From Candidatus Spechtbacteria bacterium (lineage in GTDB: Bacteria > Patescibacteriota > Minisyncoccia > Spechtbacterales > JACPHP01): a DNA stretch of 64,000 nt. Location of the stretch: assembly GCA_016188605.1 (NCBI GenBank), contig JACPHP010000015.1:18833-82832 (forward strand), read 5' to 3'. Of this stretch, positions 28,121 to 38,522 are shown piece after piece. A model generated the notes under the pieces. The model was not told the DNA's origin. It worked only from the letters and a program-made list of their open reading frames with translations, and made no database searches. A program made the translations under genes and the position numbers. The first letter of the stretch is position 1. Each line of letters opens with the position of its first letter.

Positions 28121-31100
28121 TTATTTCTCCTCCAGTCCCTGATCTGATTTTTTCGTCTCGACTTCGACCTGCAAGCCAAGAGATTTAAGCTCTGACACAA
28201 GAACGTTGAATGATTCCAAAAAATTCGGTCTCTTTAATGCCTCATTTTTGATGATAGATTCGTATGCCGCGGCGCGTCCCATCACGTCATCAGATTTAAT
28301 AGTGAGCATTTCCTGAAGGGTGTATGCGGATCCATATCCTTCAAGAGCCCACACCTCCATTTCTCCGAAGCGCTGACCGCCAAATTGCGCCTTTCCACCA
28401 AGCGGCTGTTGCGTAATTAGCGAGTACGGGCCGATTGATCGCATGTGAATCTTGTCCTCCACCATATGGATAAGCTTCAATATATACATATAGCCGACAG
28501 TAACTTTTTGTTCAAAAGGAAGACCCGTGCGACCATCGTAAAGCGTGATGCGTCCATCTTTCGGCAAACCGGCTTTTTCAAGCTCGTTACTGATGTCCTC
28601 TTCAATTGCACCAGAAAATACCGGCGTTATTGCTCGGTAATCAAGTTCGTGTGCCGCCCAGCCAAGGTGTGTTTCCAAAATTTGCCCAATATTCATACGT
28701 GAAGGCACGCCAAGCGGGTTTAAGATAATATCAACCGGAGTACCGTCTGGAAGGAATGGCATATCCTCTACCGGCAAAACGCGGGAGATAACACCTTTGT
28801 TGCCGTGGCGTCCCGCAACTTTGTCGCCCGCGCCAATGTTGCGAAGTTCCGCAATTTCAATTTGAATTGATTTAATAACACCGGCTGAAAGACGATCGCC
28901 GTTATCACGCGAGAATATCTTTACGCCGACAACGCGACCGCGCTTGCCGTGCGGCATAGTGAGGGATGTATCTTTTACGTCGCGTGCCTTTTCTCCGAAG
29001 ATTGCGCGCAACAGCCGTTCCTCTGCCGTGAGATCTGCCTCACCTTTAGGAGAAATTTTTCCTACCAAAATATCGCCGGGCCCAACTTCCGCGCCGATAC
29101 GCACAATGCCCTCTTCGTCCAGGTCTTTGAGTTTATCTTCGCCGACATTAGGAATGTCGCATGTTGTAACCTCGGGACCAAGTTTTGTTTCACGCACATC
29201 AATCATAAAGTCTTCAATATGGATTGAAGAAAAAGTATCGTTACGAACTAGCCGTTCACTGATAAGCACCGCGTCTTCAAAGTTTCCGCCGCGCCAAGGA
29301 ATGAACGCGACCAGAATATTTTTGCCGAGCGAAAGAACGCCGTCTTTCACGGATGAGGCATCTGCCAAAACCTGACCACTTTTTACTTTATCACCTGGTT
29401 TTACAAGCGCTCTCTGATGGATAACCGTGTACTGATTAGAGCGCATGAAAGTATTTAATATATAGGTAAATGTTTTGCCTTTGGACAGGCTGGATGCTGA
29501 AGTTTTAAGAACAATCCTTCTGCCATCTGCTTCTTCAATTTCGCCATCGTCATCGGCAAGCACAACAAGACCAGAATCTTGCGCGACACGATCCTCCATA
29601 CCAGTACCGACTAGCGGCGCTTCTGGCCGAACACACGGCACCGCTTGGCGCTGCATATTCGAACCCATGAGCGCGCGGTTTGCATCATCGTGTTCCAAAA
29701 ATGGAATAAGTGACGTGGCAACGGAAATTGACTGTGTCGGCGAAACGTCGATGTACTGCACGCTCTTTTTATCAATAGCTACAGGCGTGCCTTTCACGCG
29801 CGCGGAAACTTGCGCATCAAAAATTTTGCCATCTTCGCCTACGCGGGTTGCGGAAGACGCGATTGCCGCGCGCTCCTCCTGCAAAGCATTAAGATATTCC
29901 ATTTCATTTGTAACTCGCCCGTTTTCTACTTTGTAGTACGGCGTTTCAATAAATCCATATTCGTTAAGCCGCGCGTATGAGGCAAGATGGCCTACCAAAC
30001 CGATATTCGGACCTTCCGGTGTTTGAATAGGACAAATGCGGCCGTAGTGTGACGGCTGAACGTCACGTACATCAAATCCCGCTCGTTCTCTCGTAAGTCC
30101 GCCGGGGCCTGTGGCTGACAAACGGCGCTTGTGCTCAAGCTCCGCAAGAGGATTTGGATTATCCATAAACTGCGACAGCTGACCGGTAGTGAAAAATTCT
30201 TTTACGATCGCCATGAACGGACGAGGGTTAATAAGCTGCGCTGGGGTCAATGTGTACACATCGAGTGTGGACATGCGGTCGCGGATAATACGCTCCATGC
30301 GTGTTAAACCAATGCGCAAACGATTTTGCAAAAGCTCACCTGCCGCGCGAACACGGCGGTTGCCCAGGTGGTCAATGTCGTCTGGATGCGCCTCTGGATC
30401 GTTGTTCATGCGAATAATTTCCGCGATAACGCCAATAACATCTTCCATTAACAAAACGCGCTGTTCTTTTGTATATTCTTGTGTTTTTGGCGGTGTAATG
30501 CCAAGCATTTCATACGCTCCGGCCAAACGCTGGTCTAGCTTCCAGCGGCCAACGCGTGAAAGGTCGTAGCGATCAAAGTTGAAGAACATGTTTTCAAACA
30601 AATTCTTGGCATTATCAATCGTTGCTAGATCCCCGGGGCGCACTCGCTTATAAATTTCAATGATTGCTTCGTCCGCAGTTTTGGCGGTGTCGTGCGCCAA
30701 CGTCTCTTCTATATATTTTGCAGATGGATTGATATCTACTTTGGCAAACGCGGCGCGAATTTGGTCATCCGTTTCCATTGGCAAAAACGCCTGCTTTTTA
30801 GCGCCGTTTTCCTTTCCTTTTTCCTTCTTGCCCGTTTCTCGCGATAAGACTCCGCTCATTGCGCGCAAAAGCATACTGACAGGAACTTTTCGACGCCGAT
30901 CAATTTTTACCGCCAAGAATCCCGCGGGATCAGTTTCAAACTCAAGCCACGCGCCACGATTTGGAATAATTTTAGAACCAAATAGTTGTATCCCGTGCCA
31001 ATTTTGCGACGTGAAAAAGGCGCCCGGCGAACGAATAAGCTGAGAAACTATAACACGCTCAACACCATTAACCATGAATGTTCCGCGTGTTGTCATTAGG

Positions 31101-31429
31101 GGAAATTCACCCAAATACACCTCCTGCTCTTTTATTTCACCTGTTCGCTTGTTGTGAAGTTTCAAACGAACTCGTAGTGGCGCCTCGTATGAAGCATTGT
31201 GCTCACGAGCAGTCAGCTCCGTATATTTAAAATCATCTAAATGGTACTCACCAAACCACAATTCCAAATCTTTTTCGCCATAATCACGGATAGGAGAAAT
31301 CTCATCAAATAGCTCCTGCAAACCCTCTTTCCAAAACCAATCGTATGACTGGCGCTGAATCTCCAGCAAGTTTGGCAGAGGCATTTCGCGATAAGTATGG
31401 TGAGAGAAACTTTTCACACGTGTTGCCAT
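28121..31429 (-). CDS. rpoB: DNA-directed RNA polymerase subunit beta
   Basis: 1102 aa. Conserved rif-cluster and catalytic regions (e.g. GDKVAGRHGNKGV). Confidence 0.97.
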   Translation of the reverse strand: MATRVKSFSHHTYREMPLPNLLEIQRQSYDWFWKEGLQELFDEISPIRDYGEKDLELWFGEYHLDDFKYTELTAREHNASYEAPLRVRLKLHNKRTGEIKEQEVYLGEFPLMTTRGTFMVNGVERVIVSQLIRSPGAFFTSQNWHGIQLFGSKIIPNRGAWLEFETDPAGFLAVKIDRRRKVPVSMLLRAMSGVLSRETGKKEKGKENGAKKQAFLPMETDDQIRAAFAKVDINPSAKYIEETLAHDTAKTADEAIIEIYKRVRPGDLATIDNAKNLFENMFFNFDRYDLSRVGRWKLDQRLAGAYEMLGITPPKTQEYTKEQRVLLMEDVIGVIAEIIRMNNDPEAHPDDIDHLGNRRVRAAGELLQNRLRIGLTRMERIIRDRMSTLDVYTLTPAQLINPRPFMAIVKEFFTTGQLSQFMDNPNPLAELEHKRRLSATGPGGLTRERAGFDVRDVQPSHYGRICPIQTPEGPNIGLVGHLASYARLNEYGFIETPYYKVENGRVTNEMEYLNALQEERAAIASSATRVGEDGKIFDAQVSARVKGTPVAIDKKSVQYIDVSPTQSISVATSLIPFLEHDDANRALMGSNMQRQAVPCVRPEAPLVGTGMEDRVAQDSGLVVLADDDGEIEEADGRRIVLKTSASSLSKGKTFTYILNTFMRSNQYTVIHQRALVKPGDKVKSGQVLADASSVKDGVLSLGKNILVAFIPWRGGNFEDAVLISERLVRNDTFSSIHIEDFMIDVRETKLGPEVTTCDIPNVGEDKLKDLDEEGIVRIGAEVGPGDILVGKISPKGEADLTAEERLLRAIFGEKARDVKDTSLTMPHGKRGRVVGVKIFSRDNGDRLSAGVIKSIQIEIAELRNIGAGDKVAGRHGNKGVISRVLPVEDMPFLPDGTPVDIILNPLGVPSRMNIGQILETHLGWAAHELDYRAITPVFSGAIEEDISNELEKAGLPKDGRITLYDGRTGLPFEQKVTVGYMYILKLIHMVEDKIHMRSIGPYSLITQQPLGGKAQFGGQRFGEMEVWALEGYGSAYTLQEMLTIKSDDVMGRAAAYESIIKNEALKRPNFLESFNVLVSELKSLGLQVEVETKKSDQGLEEK

Positions 31430-31996
31430 AGAAATAATTTAATAATTATTTACAGATATAGAACAATGAAATATCGTGGCTTCATTGTCTCATTGCTTCA
31501 TTGTTTCATTGTTGGCTTCATTGATAGAAAATAGAAATACAAAAAAGACACCAAAACCCGGCCCTCGTTGGTCGGGTTATTAAATATTCAATTTAAGACT
31601 GATACTGGTTCACGTGTAGATAAAAATGTGAACGTTTATTATTCTCGTATCTTACATGAGCTAGAAAAATATGTCAAGACTTCTGATTGTTACTGCGCAC
31701 ACCCTCTCATAACTGGCTTTACGTTGAGGTTAAACCTTACCAGATTACATTGTTCCATTGCTCTATCGTTACATTGTTACATTGTTGCATGGTTTCATGG
31801 TTACATAAACAATGAAACAATGGAGCAATGAAGGGGAAATGTAACGGTCGGCAATAACTGCTCATGCGTCTTCAAAAATGGTTTATGTAAGCCAAATCAT
31901 TATCCGGGGGTGTGAGCAGTTGCTTCGGGCTATGCTTACCGCCTATGTGCTATCGCCGCGCGGGCAGTTGTCGGTAGTCGGCTAGCAAGCAACACA

Positions 31997-34489
31997 TTAA
32001 AGCCCCGAAGGGGACTTGCTATCCTCCTGCGAAACAGGCTCTTCGATGCGCTGATCAAGTGGCGGTGTTATCCCGTCTAGGGCTCCTCTGCCCTGTTGCA
32101 AGTTATCTACAATTTTTTTGACCTCGCTATTATCCGGGTTAAGTTCTGCCACTTTTTGAAATTGTTCCAGCGCCTTTTGCCCCATGTCCTGTTTATCATA
32201 TATAACACCAAGAAAATAACGCGCGTTGGAATAGTTGGGTGATAATGTTATCGCCTTTTTAAACTGCTGTTGTGCTTTCGCGATCTGATCGTCAAAATAG
32301 TACAGCACGCCTAATTGATATATTACACCAATATCTTGAGGATTTATTTCCTGCGCCTTAATTGTCTTTTCAATAGCAAGCGAACGATTGCCCTGCCTGT
32401 CATATATTTGCGCGGCGAGAAAATGCGCGGGCGCGTAATCACTCTTCTTTTCAATGGCTTTATTCACGTAATCAATCGCATTGTTAAGATAGTCTGATTT
32501 TTGCTGACGCGCCTTAGCAACATCATCTTGCGAACCCTGTTGCGCTGAAAGCCGTTTTATCACCATTTCAATCTTATCCGCGCTGTTTACATAGGTTTGC
32601 GCGACCAATAAATCAGCGGCAGGATTTTTGGGATCAAGCTGTTCTGCCTTTATATAGTTATCAATTGCCAATGATTCCGCGCCTCCAACCGCAAAAAGAA
32701 CACTGTCGTAGATGGCGCCAAGCTGTTGTAAATTAAGCGAATCGATCGGATTTGCCTGAATAGCAAGCTGCGCGAATTGCGTTGCGGGAGTAAACTTCTG
32801 CTCAAAACTCTTCTGAAGATTATTAGAATCGCCGCCAGAATTTTTCTTGAGAACATCAATTGCCTGCAGAGCATATAGCTGAGCCAATGTTCGTAAAAAA
32901 TTATCGTTAGACGAGTCCAAATTAACTGCCAGTTGAACGCGAGATGTGGCTTTGTTCAAATCCTGATTGCTGTTATATATCTTTACACCAGAAGTATGAA
33001 TGGCGGCGGCCACATATTTTTGAACATGCCAATATGCAGTCATGATAATGAAAGTTAGGAGCACGATGGTAACAAGCGAAACTCCAAAAATACGCTGCGG
33101 CAAGCGCGCAAAATAGAAACTGTACTCGGTAATCGCGTTACCCGCCCGAAGGCTTGCGATAACAAGTCCGGCAAACAAAAAAGTAAATAATAGTGTTGTA
33201 AGGTCTGCCGTATAAAAGAATAGTGAGAATGTCAGGAAAACAAATCCCGCGAACGCAACAATAGCCGACTTTTCAAAGGGAGAAGCTTCCTTGTTAAGTG
33301 TCGTAATTCCACGCATGCTGACTGCAAGAATATAAGCCAATGTGCCGATAAATAACACTGTTCCGACCACACCTAACGAAACCAAAATTGTTGTAATGTA
33401 AGAAAACCCTTGCATAAATCGCAAGCCGAAAAATGCGGTCTGGTTAATTGTGAGTGGACGATATGCCAGATATTGGTACGTGAATGTAGCTGGTCCTGAA
33501 CCAAGTATTGCTTTTTTCCAACTTGAAGCGAAAGATTCTTTGGCAATTTGTATAGAGGAATTTAAGCTTGGGCTCACCCTTGCCGGCAAGGGTTGTATAA
33601 GATTTGCCATCGGAGGCCTCACGAAAAAAAGAACCGCGGAAATAATCATCAAGACAAGAAATACGCTATAACTCGGAAGCGCGTGCTCTTTTTGCTGCGC
33701 GGAAACAGGTTGCTTTAAGCTCTGCATAATCTGCCATGAGGCAACTATGGCAAACGCAACCATAAGACCCAGCCAAACAAATGGCGTGTTTATAAGCAGA
33801 AGCGTAGCCATTAAAACAAGCGCGAAACATCCAAATAAAATACGCAAATTCAACGAAAGGCGCAAGCTTGCCAAGATTCCAGAGACAACGACTAATCCTA
33901 ATCCAAGAAAAACTCCAAGATTTGGTATGGAGCCGATAAGATTGAAGGCGTTGCTTCGTGCAAAATCAAGAGGAATAATATATATGCCAAAAAATTGCAA
34001 CAAAGAATAAACCGCCACAACAACCGCGGACCCGCTGAACGCAAACAGCAAAGTTATTATATTTGCCAAATCCCTCACCCAAATAGGCACAAAGAATAAA
34101 GCGCCTAATATAAGGAGTGTGCCTAATAACGTGTCGGGCTGGCTATTATTACCCCAGATACTTACCACGGACGAAGTCGAAAAAATAGTTGAAATGCCAA
34201 CGAACGCGAAAAATCCCAACGCCGCAAACCAAAGCGATGTCTTGGGAACATCAATACGGCCGACAGCCAGTACCTTAGCCAGCCAAGCCCCTGCCATACA
34301 TAATATTGCCAAACCCACAAACAATTCTTTTGCGTCTTCAATTGGCTGAGCGGTGAATGGCAGAAACCAAATAGGTATCAGCCCGAAAAGAATATAGGCG
34401 CACGCAAGGCCCACCCTATCCCAAATCATACCTTTTATAACTGTGTTCTCAACGACATCCACTTTTGGTTCTATTGTAGTGTTTTTCAT
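31997..34489 (-). CDS. Large polytopic membrane protein with O-antigen-ligase-like core and C-terminal TPR repeats
   Basis: Many TM helices over aa 20-470, then TPR-like repeats (AxxYxxLG... patterns) over aa 520-800. Confidence 0.5.
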   Translation of the reverse strand: MKNTTIEPKVDVVENTVIKGMIWDRVGLACAYILFGLIPIWFLPFTAQPIEDAKELFVGLAILCMAGAWLAKVLAVGRIDVPKTSLWFAALGFFAFVGISTIFSTSSVVSIWGNNSQPDTLLGTLLILGALFFVPIWVRDLANIITLLFAFSGSAVVVAVYSLLQFFGIYIIPLDFARSNAFNLIGSIPNLGVFLGLGLVVVSGILASLRLSLNLRILFGCFALVLMATLLLINTPFVWLGLMVAFAIVASWQIMQSLKQPVSAQQKEHALPSYSVFLVLMIISAVLFFVRPPMANLIQPLPARVSPSLNSSIQIAKESFASSWKKAILGSGPATFTYQYLAYRPLTINQTAFFGLRFMQGFSYITTILVSLGVVGTVLFIGTLAYILAVSMRGITTLNKEASPFEKSAIVAFAGFVFLTFSLFFYTADLTTLLFTFLFAGLVIASLRAGNAITEYSFYFARLPQRIFGVSLVTIVLLTFIIMTAYWHVQKYVAAAIHTSGVKIYNSNQDLNKATSRVQLAVNLDSSNDNFLRTLAQLYALQAIDVLKKNSGGDSNNLQKSFEQKFTPATQFAQLAIQANPIDSLNLQQLGAIYDSVLFAVGGAESLAIDNYIKAEQLDPKNPAADLLVAQTYVNSADKIEMVIKRLSAQQGSQDDVAKARQQKSDYLNNAIDYVNKAIEKKSDYAPAHFLAAQIYDRQGNRSLAIEKTIKAQEINPQDIGVIYQLGVLYYFDDQIAKAQQQFKKAITLSPNYSNARYFLGVIYDKQDMGQKALEQFQKVAELNPDNSEVKKIVDNLQQGRGALDGITPPLDQRIEEPVSQEDSKSPSGL

Positions 34490-34494
34490 ATAAA

Positions 34495-34600
34495 TATAAT
34501 CAACGAATAACGAATCCTACACGAATATACGAATACTGCTTAGCCGATTCGTTTATTCGTAACAAATTCGTTATTCGTTGATGATCTGCTTGATGATATT
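34495..34600. repeat. Word-palindrome (cgaataacgaat words), near-identical to 5215-5310
   Basis: caacgaataacgaatcctacacgaatatacgaatact ... cgtttattcgtaacaaattcgttattcgttg, vs 5215: caacgaataacgaatccgacacgaatatacgaatact... Confidence 0.6.
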
Positions 34601-34656
34601 AATAATAATCATAAAATCTTTAAGTCACTATTCTACAGTATAGCACAAACCCTCCC

Positions 34657-35772
34657 CTACTCTGCAATAGTCGCGTAAGAGAAAAAACTGTGCGATCTCA
34701 TAAAAATGCTTTGTAAGAAACCTAACGCTATAAAAGAGCTGACGATACTGCTTCCCCCGTAGCTTACAAATGGCAAGGGAATTCCAGTTATTGGCATAAC
34801 GCCTACATTCATTCCAATATTTACAAAAGATTGAGAAAACAGCATCATGGCAAAACCCATAGAGGTGAGGCGCGCAAAATTATTCGGAGAATTTTTGGCA
34901 AGCTGTATAATCCGCCATATTAGCAAGGCGAAAAGGAAAAGCACAAGGCCGGCACCGATTACGCCAAACTCCTCCGAGATGGCAGCGAAAATAAAATCCG
35001 TGTGCATTTCTGGCAAGAATCCGAATTGAGTTTGCGTACCGTGGCCTGCGCCCTGGCCTAGCCACCCGCCGGAGCCAACAGCCGTGATTGACTGGATTGC
35101 GTTGTAACCATTACCATGCGGATCTTTAGTTGGGTCGAGGAATGTCAATACGCGCGCCCTCTGATAGTCGTGCAAGCCAAAGCTCCACGCTAAAGAAATA
35201 AGCACTATCGCGCTAATAATAAGAATTACGATCTGCTTATAATTTATGCCAGCCACAAGCATGACGCCAATCCAAATGCTAACAATAATAATAAATGAGC
35301 CGAGCTCTGGCTGTAATATCACAAGGAAAGATGGGACTGCCGCATACAATCCGGAAACAATAATATGGCGAAAGCGATATATCTCTATATGGCGCATGGC
35401 AAAATATTTCGCCAGCAAAAGAACCAATGTAAGCTTTACAAACTCTATCGGAGTAATAACAAGGGGACCAATAACAAGCCAACTTTGCGCGCCTCTGATT
35501 GCAGACCCCACAATTAAAACAGTAGTAAGAAGAATGGCTCCAAGGATGTAAATGACTAAAACAGGCAATGAGTAATGACGAAAAATACGATAATCAATCG
35601 CGCTTATCGCGACAAATAGCACGATACCAAGCATTATCCATAAAAATTGATGTTCAAAAAAATTATAATCCCCGCGCGCGATATTAAACTGCGAAATTAA
35701 ACCGAGCGCCGCGAGTGAGATTGCGGCACCGACCATATACCAGTCGTAGCGCTTGAGTAATGATAGAATCAT
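34657..35772 (-). CDS. ftsW: SEDS-family peptidoglycan glycosyltransferase (FtsW/RodA)
   Basis: 10-TM architecture and conserved C-terminal loop (GGSSIVSSFIALG) typical of FtsW/RodA/SpoVE. Confidence 0.8.
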   Translation of the reverse strand: MILSLLKRYDWYMVGAAISLAALGLISQFNIARGDYNFFEHQFLWIMLGIVLFVAISAIDYRIFRHYSLPVLVIYILGAILLTTVLIVGSAIRGAQSWLVIGPLVITPIEFVKLTLVLLLAKYFAMRHIEIYRFRHIIVSGLYAAVPSFLVILQPELGSFIIIVSIWIGVMLVAGINYKQIVILIISAIVLISLAWSFGLHDYQRARVLTFLDPTKDPHGNGYNAIQSITAVGSGGWLGQGAGHGTQTQFGFLPEMHTDFIFAAISEEFGVIGAGLVLFLFALLIWRIIQLAKNSPNNFARLTSMGFAMMLFSQSFVNIGMNVGVMPITGIPLPFVSYGGSSIVSSFIALGFLQSIFMRSHSFFSYATIAE

Positions 35773-35854
35773 GAATGGTGAATCATGAATTGTGAATCAT
35801 GAATGGTGGGCCTAGTATTCATTATTCACTATTCATGATTCGCTATTCTAATTG

Positions 35855-36673
35855 TCAGCCTTTAATTAAATTATCCGCCAAAAAAAGATTAGAATTGACA
35901 TATATATCATATCGCTGAGCTTGCGCGGAAAATGGCGCCGACCAAAAAACCGTAAACGCTCTTTTCTGGCCGCTTGGAAGTGTCTGCATGTCAGAATGGT
36001 TTACGGCTATAGGATTATTTAAAGCATCAAAAACAACCATATCAACATCGATAAAGCGCAGACCATATGGTGAATTATTTGATACCACGCCAGATATTTT
36101 TGCAAATATATTAGAATCGCCTAGGGGCATTTCCAGCTTCTTTTGTTCAACAGAAAAACCGGGGTCAGTATATCCATCAATTTTCTTCCAGTCTACGTTA
36201 GTAATTTCGAAAGAAACACTGGCTGGATCTTGTGGAATCGCAATAGCCTGCCGCACGACGTATCTTGCGCCGTGAGGGAGTATATATGTTGTTCCTGTTA
36301 TGGCGCTAATCTCTTTGCCAGAATTATCAAGAATATGAAAAGCATAATCTATCTCCTGCCCGCCGTAAGTGTAGTTGAGATTTTCAATTGAGCTTGCAAG
36401 ATCATAAATTCCTTGCTTTTGACGAAAGATTTTTGCCCATTTAACATCAATTTTCTGCAAAAGCGTTTCTTCGGGTGTAAGGCAAGCAGAGCAAGCGCCG
36501 CCGCAATCCACGCCCGTTTCGTTTTGGTTTTGGATTTTGTCAAAACATGTACCTACATAAACTTGTTTTGGCCAAAAGACAAAAGCTAGCGCGCCCACGG
36601 CGAGGAAAAAAATTATATACGTGGCGCCTATAACAATTCTTTTTTCTATGCGGTTTAACATTTGTAATTTCAA
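35855..36673 (-). CDS. Hypothetical membrane-anchored Cys-rich protein
   Basis: N-terminal TM, GVDCGGACSAC cluster. No family recognised. Confidence 0.35.
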   Translation of the reverse strand: MKLQMLNRIEKRIVIGATYIIFFLAVGALAFVFWPKQVYVGTCFDKIQNQNETGVDCGGACSACLTPEETLLQKIDVKWAKIFRQKQGIYDLASSIENLNYTYGGQEIDYAFHILDNSGKEISAITGTTYILPHGARYVVRQAIAIPQDPASVSFEITNVDWKKIDGYTDPGFSVEQKKLEMPLGDSNIFAKISGVVSNNSPYGLRFIDVDMVVFDALNNPIAVNHSDMQTLPSGQKRAFTVFWSAPFSAQAQRYDIYVNSNLFLADNLIKG

Positions 36674-36848
36674 AATTATTGAAGTTCAAAATTATTGAAG
36701 TTAAACTTCAACTAGCTAGTTGAAGTAGTTGAAGTTTAACTTCAATAATTCTTCCTTGCGCATTGTAATTGTATTTTACATTTACTATAGGAATTTGGAT
36801 AGATTGACCGTGTTAGAAATTAATGACAAATTTCTAAAATTAAAAATA

Positions 36849-36923
36849 GGGGGCTCGCTTTGTGCGAGCCCCCTATAAAGTATTGCGATTAAAAAACAAA
36901 AGGCGAGAGTAGAAACTCTCGCC
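36849..36923 (-). terminator. Two tandem hairpin terminators (gggggctcgc...gcgagccccc and ggcgagag...ctctcgcc, each followed by a T-run on the minus strand)
   Basis: Direct reading, downstream (minus sense) of the G+C-rich ORF. Confidence 0.55.
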
Positions 36924-36979
36924 TTTTAGTCTCCCGATCGGGAGACCTTGATCACCTCCTTTCTCTAGGCAGAGACGGA

Positions 36980-37810
36980 CTACCACGTCCCTGCCAAATC
37001 CCTATCCTCCCACGTCGCCGCCTCAACCCCAGAGGCGTCGGTGGCGACGTGATAGTAGTGGGACTTTGGCCCACCGTACAGCCGCCCGCTGTACGTGGTG
37101 CGGAACACCGCGCCGGCGGACATGAGCACGGCGAACTGTTCGCCGCTACCCATATTGCCGGCATCGCCCTGGGCGATCCGGCCGCGGGCCAATATCTGGC
37201 CCGGGAACGGCAGGAACGTGGGATTCGCCGGGGTGCTGGGCAACACTCCGGCGTCGGGGTGGGCATACGTCGAGGGCCCACCCCATATAGCCCCCTTAGT
37301 GGAGGTCACCAAAGTGACATCCACACCGCAGGCCGCGCAGTCCGCGGCCTCGTCCTCCGTGTAATACCCGTCGGCATCCTTGTGCCGCCGGGTGCCGTAG
37401 TTATTGGCAACCTGCCCTCGGCTAGGGCAGGAAACCTCACCGCGATCGCCTGTGTGGCTATTGCCGCCCCGGTACCCAATCGGGGTCGGCAGAACCACGA
37501 TGACCGCGTCCTCGCTCAGCGAGGCGCGGTCATCGACCGCGATCAGCTTCGGCGCGCCATTGCGCGTCGTGCCGATCCTCGCGGCCATGAGCCGCGAGGC
37601 CAGCACAGTCCCGCGATCGGCGGAGTGCGCCACGCGCGTGCCACCATCCGCCCGAGCGGAGGTGACAAACGCTTCCCCACACCGCGGGCACGTGCCCAAC
37701 GGCGTGGGGATTGCGGTGATACTGCCCCGGTCTGGGCAGGGCCGCATCGGGACGTTCTCCACGGCCAGAAGGCCGAGAGTGCGCCCCCGACCCGCTTCGC
37801 CAACGGCCAC
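36980..37810 (-). CDS. Foreign-looking high-G+C ORF (hypothetical; CPRCG zinc-ribbon-like motif), possibly frameshifted
   Basis: 276-aa ORF in a ~1-kb block of ~65-70% G+C. A second overlapping frame (37968-37543) reads like an N-terminus (MYRIFTAAGGKVVAGG...), suggesting a frameshift or pseudogene. The opposite-strand ORF is Arg-rich antisense noise. Confidence 0.35.
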   Translation of the reverse strand: MAVGEAGRGRTLGLLAVENVPMRPCPDRGSITAIPTPLGTCPRCGEAFVTSARADGGTRVAHSADRGTVLASRLMAARIGTTRNGAPKLIAVDDRASLSEDAVIVVLPTPIGYRGGNSHTGDRGEVSCPSRGQVANNYGTRRHKDADGYYTEDEAADCAACGVDVTLVTSTKGAIWGGPSTYAHPDAGVLPSTPANPTFLPFPGQILARGRIAQGDAGNMGSGEQFAVLMSAGAVFRTTYSGRLYGGPKSHYYHVATDASGVEAATWEDRDLAGTW

Positions 37811-38348
37811 GACTGGGGGATAGTCGTGCCATTGGCAAGCCGGTGCGCCGTGATGGCGCCGCCGGCCACGACCTTACCGCCCGCGGCGGTAAAAATACGA
37901 TACATGACTTGCCCCTTTCCTGCGAAGCCCAGCGCTTCTGCCGGCTCCGCCTCCCCCTCGCGTCCCATGACGCTAGTGAAATTTAAATTTAAAAATATAT
38001 GAATCTAAAAGCCCGACACACCAAGTGTCGGGCTTTGTCTGCATTATCCCGCAAGACAGGGGCTAGGCGTTTATTCAACCCACCGATGACTAAGCCCGTC
38101 TGTGGAAAAATACAGTTCTTTACAATCTCGTGAAGCCCACGAGCTATTGTAGCTACTCTGGTAATAGCCAATTTATGCCACAGTCCAGAATGAACCGTTG
38201 TCGAGGGGAAATCTATGATCATCCTAGTGGCCATAGAGTTTAACCACTACCACCCTATGGGCATAGTGAGAGAACCCGACTGTTCGTTCTAGATCACACC
38301 AACTGTCTGCCTGCGCTGTATGGGTGAGGCCTTAATCCGACTGAAAAA

Positions 38349-38398
38349 GTCAATAGCAAAAATCCTGCCAGTTAACTGGCAGGATTTTTGCTATTGAC
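38349..38398. terminator. 22-bp-stem perfect hairpin (tcaatagcaaaaatcctgccag-ttaa-ctggcaggatttttgctattga) downstream of the 5S rRNA
   Basis: Direct reading. rRNA-locus terminator geometry. Confidence 0.65.
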
Positions 38399-38417
38399 CC
38401 TATTCTAATCATTCAAC

Positions 38418-38522
38418 GGCGGCTACCTACTTTCCCGGGACGAACCAAGTATCATCGGCCTTGGAGCATTTCACTTCTGTGTTCGGAATGGGAACAGGTG
38501 GGACAACTCCAGTATCGCCGCC
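38418..38522 (-). rRNA. rrf: 5S ribosomal RNA
   Basis: Reverse complement reads GGCGGCGATACTGGAGTTGTCCCACCTGTTCCCATTCCGAACACAGAAGTGAAATGCTCCAAGGCCGATGATACTTGGTTCGTCCCGGGAAAGTAGGTAGCCGCC. Helix I ends pair. Confidence 0.8.

Noticed and set aside
36930-36960. gtctcccgatcgggagaccttgatcacctccttt resembles a 16S 3' end (helix 45 plus anti-SD) on the plus strand
   Set aside because: No 16S body precedes it. On the minus strand the same bases form an SD-like AAAGGAGGTGATCA plus a hairpin within a terminator cluster. Judged coincidental.
37049-38002. 317-aa plus-strand ORF across the G+C-rich island
   Set aside because: Extremely Arg/Gly/Pro-rich, typical of the antisense frame of a high-G+C gene. 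The minus-strand frame has protein-like composition.
37989-38234. 81-aa minus-strand ORF downstream of the 5S
   Set aside because: It runs through two terminator hairpins and has no SD, partner or motif.
38040-38400. Possible RNase P RNA or other ncRNA between the G+C island and the 5S (contains ACAGACGGGCUUAG reminiscent of the P4 3' strand)
   Set aside because: No complementary 5' P4 strand (CUAAGCCCG) or GGAAAGUCCGG-like element was found. tmRNA and SRP signatures are also absent. Left unassigned.
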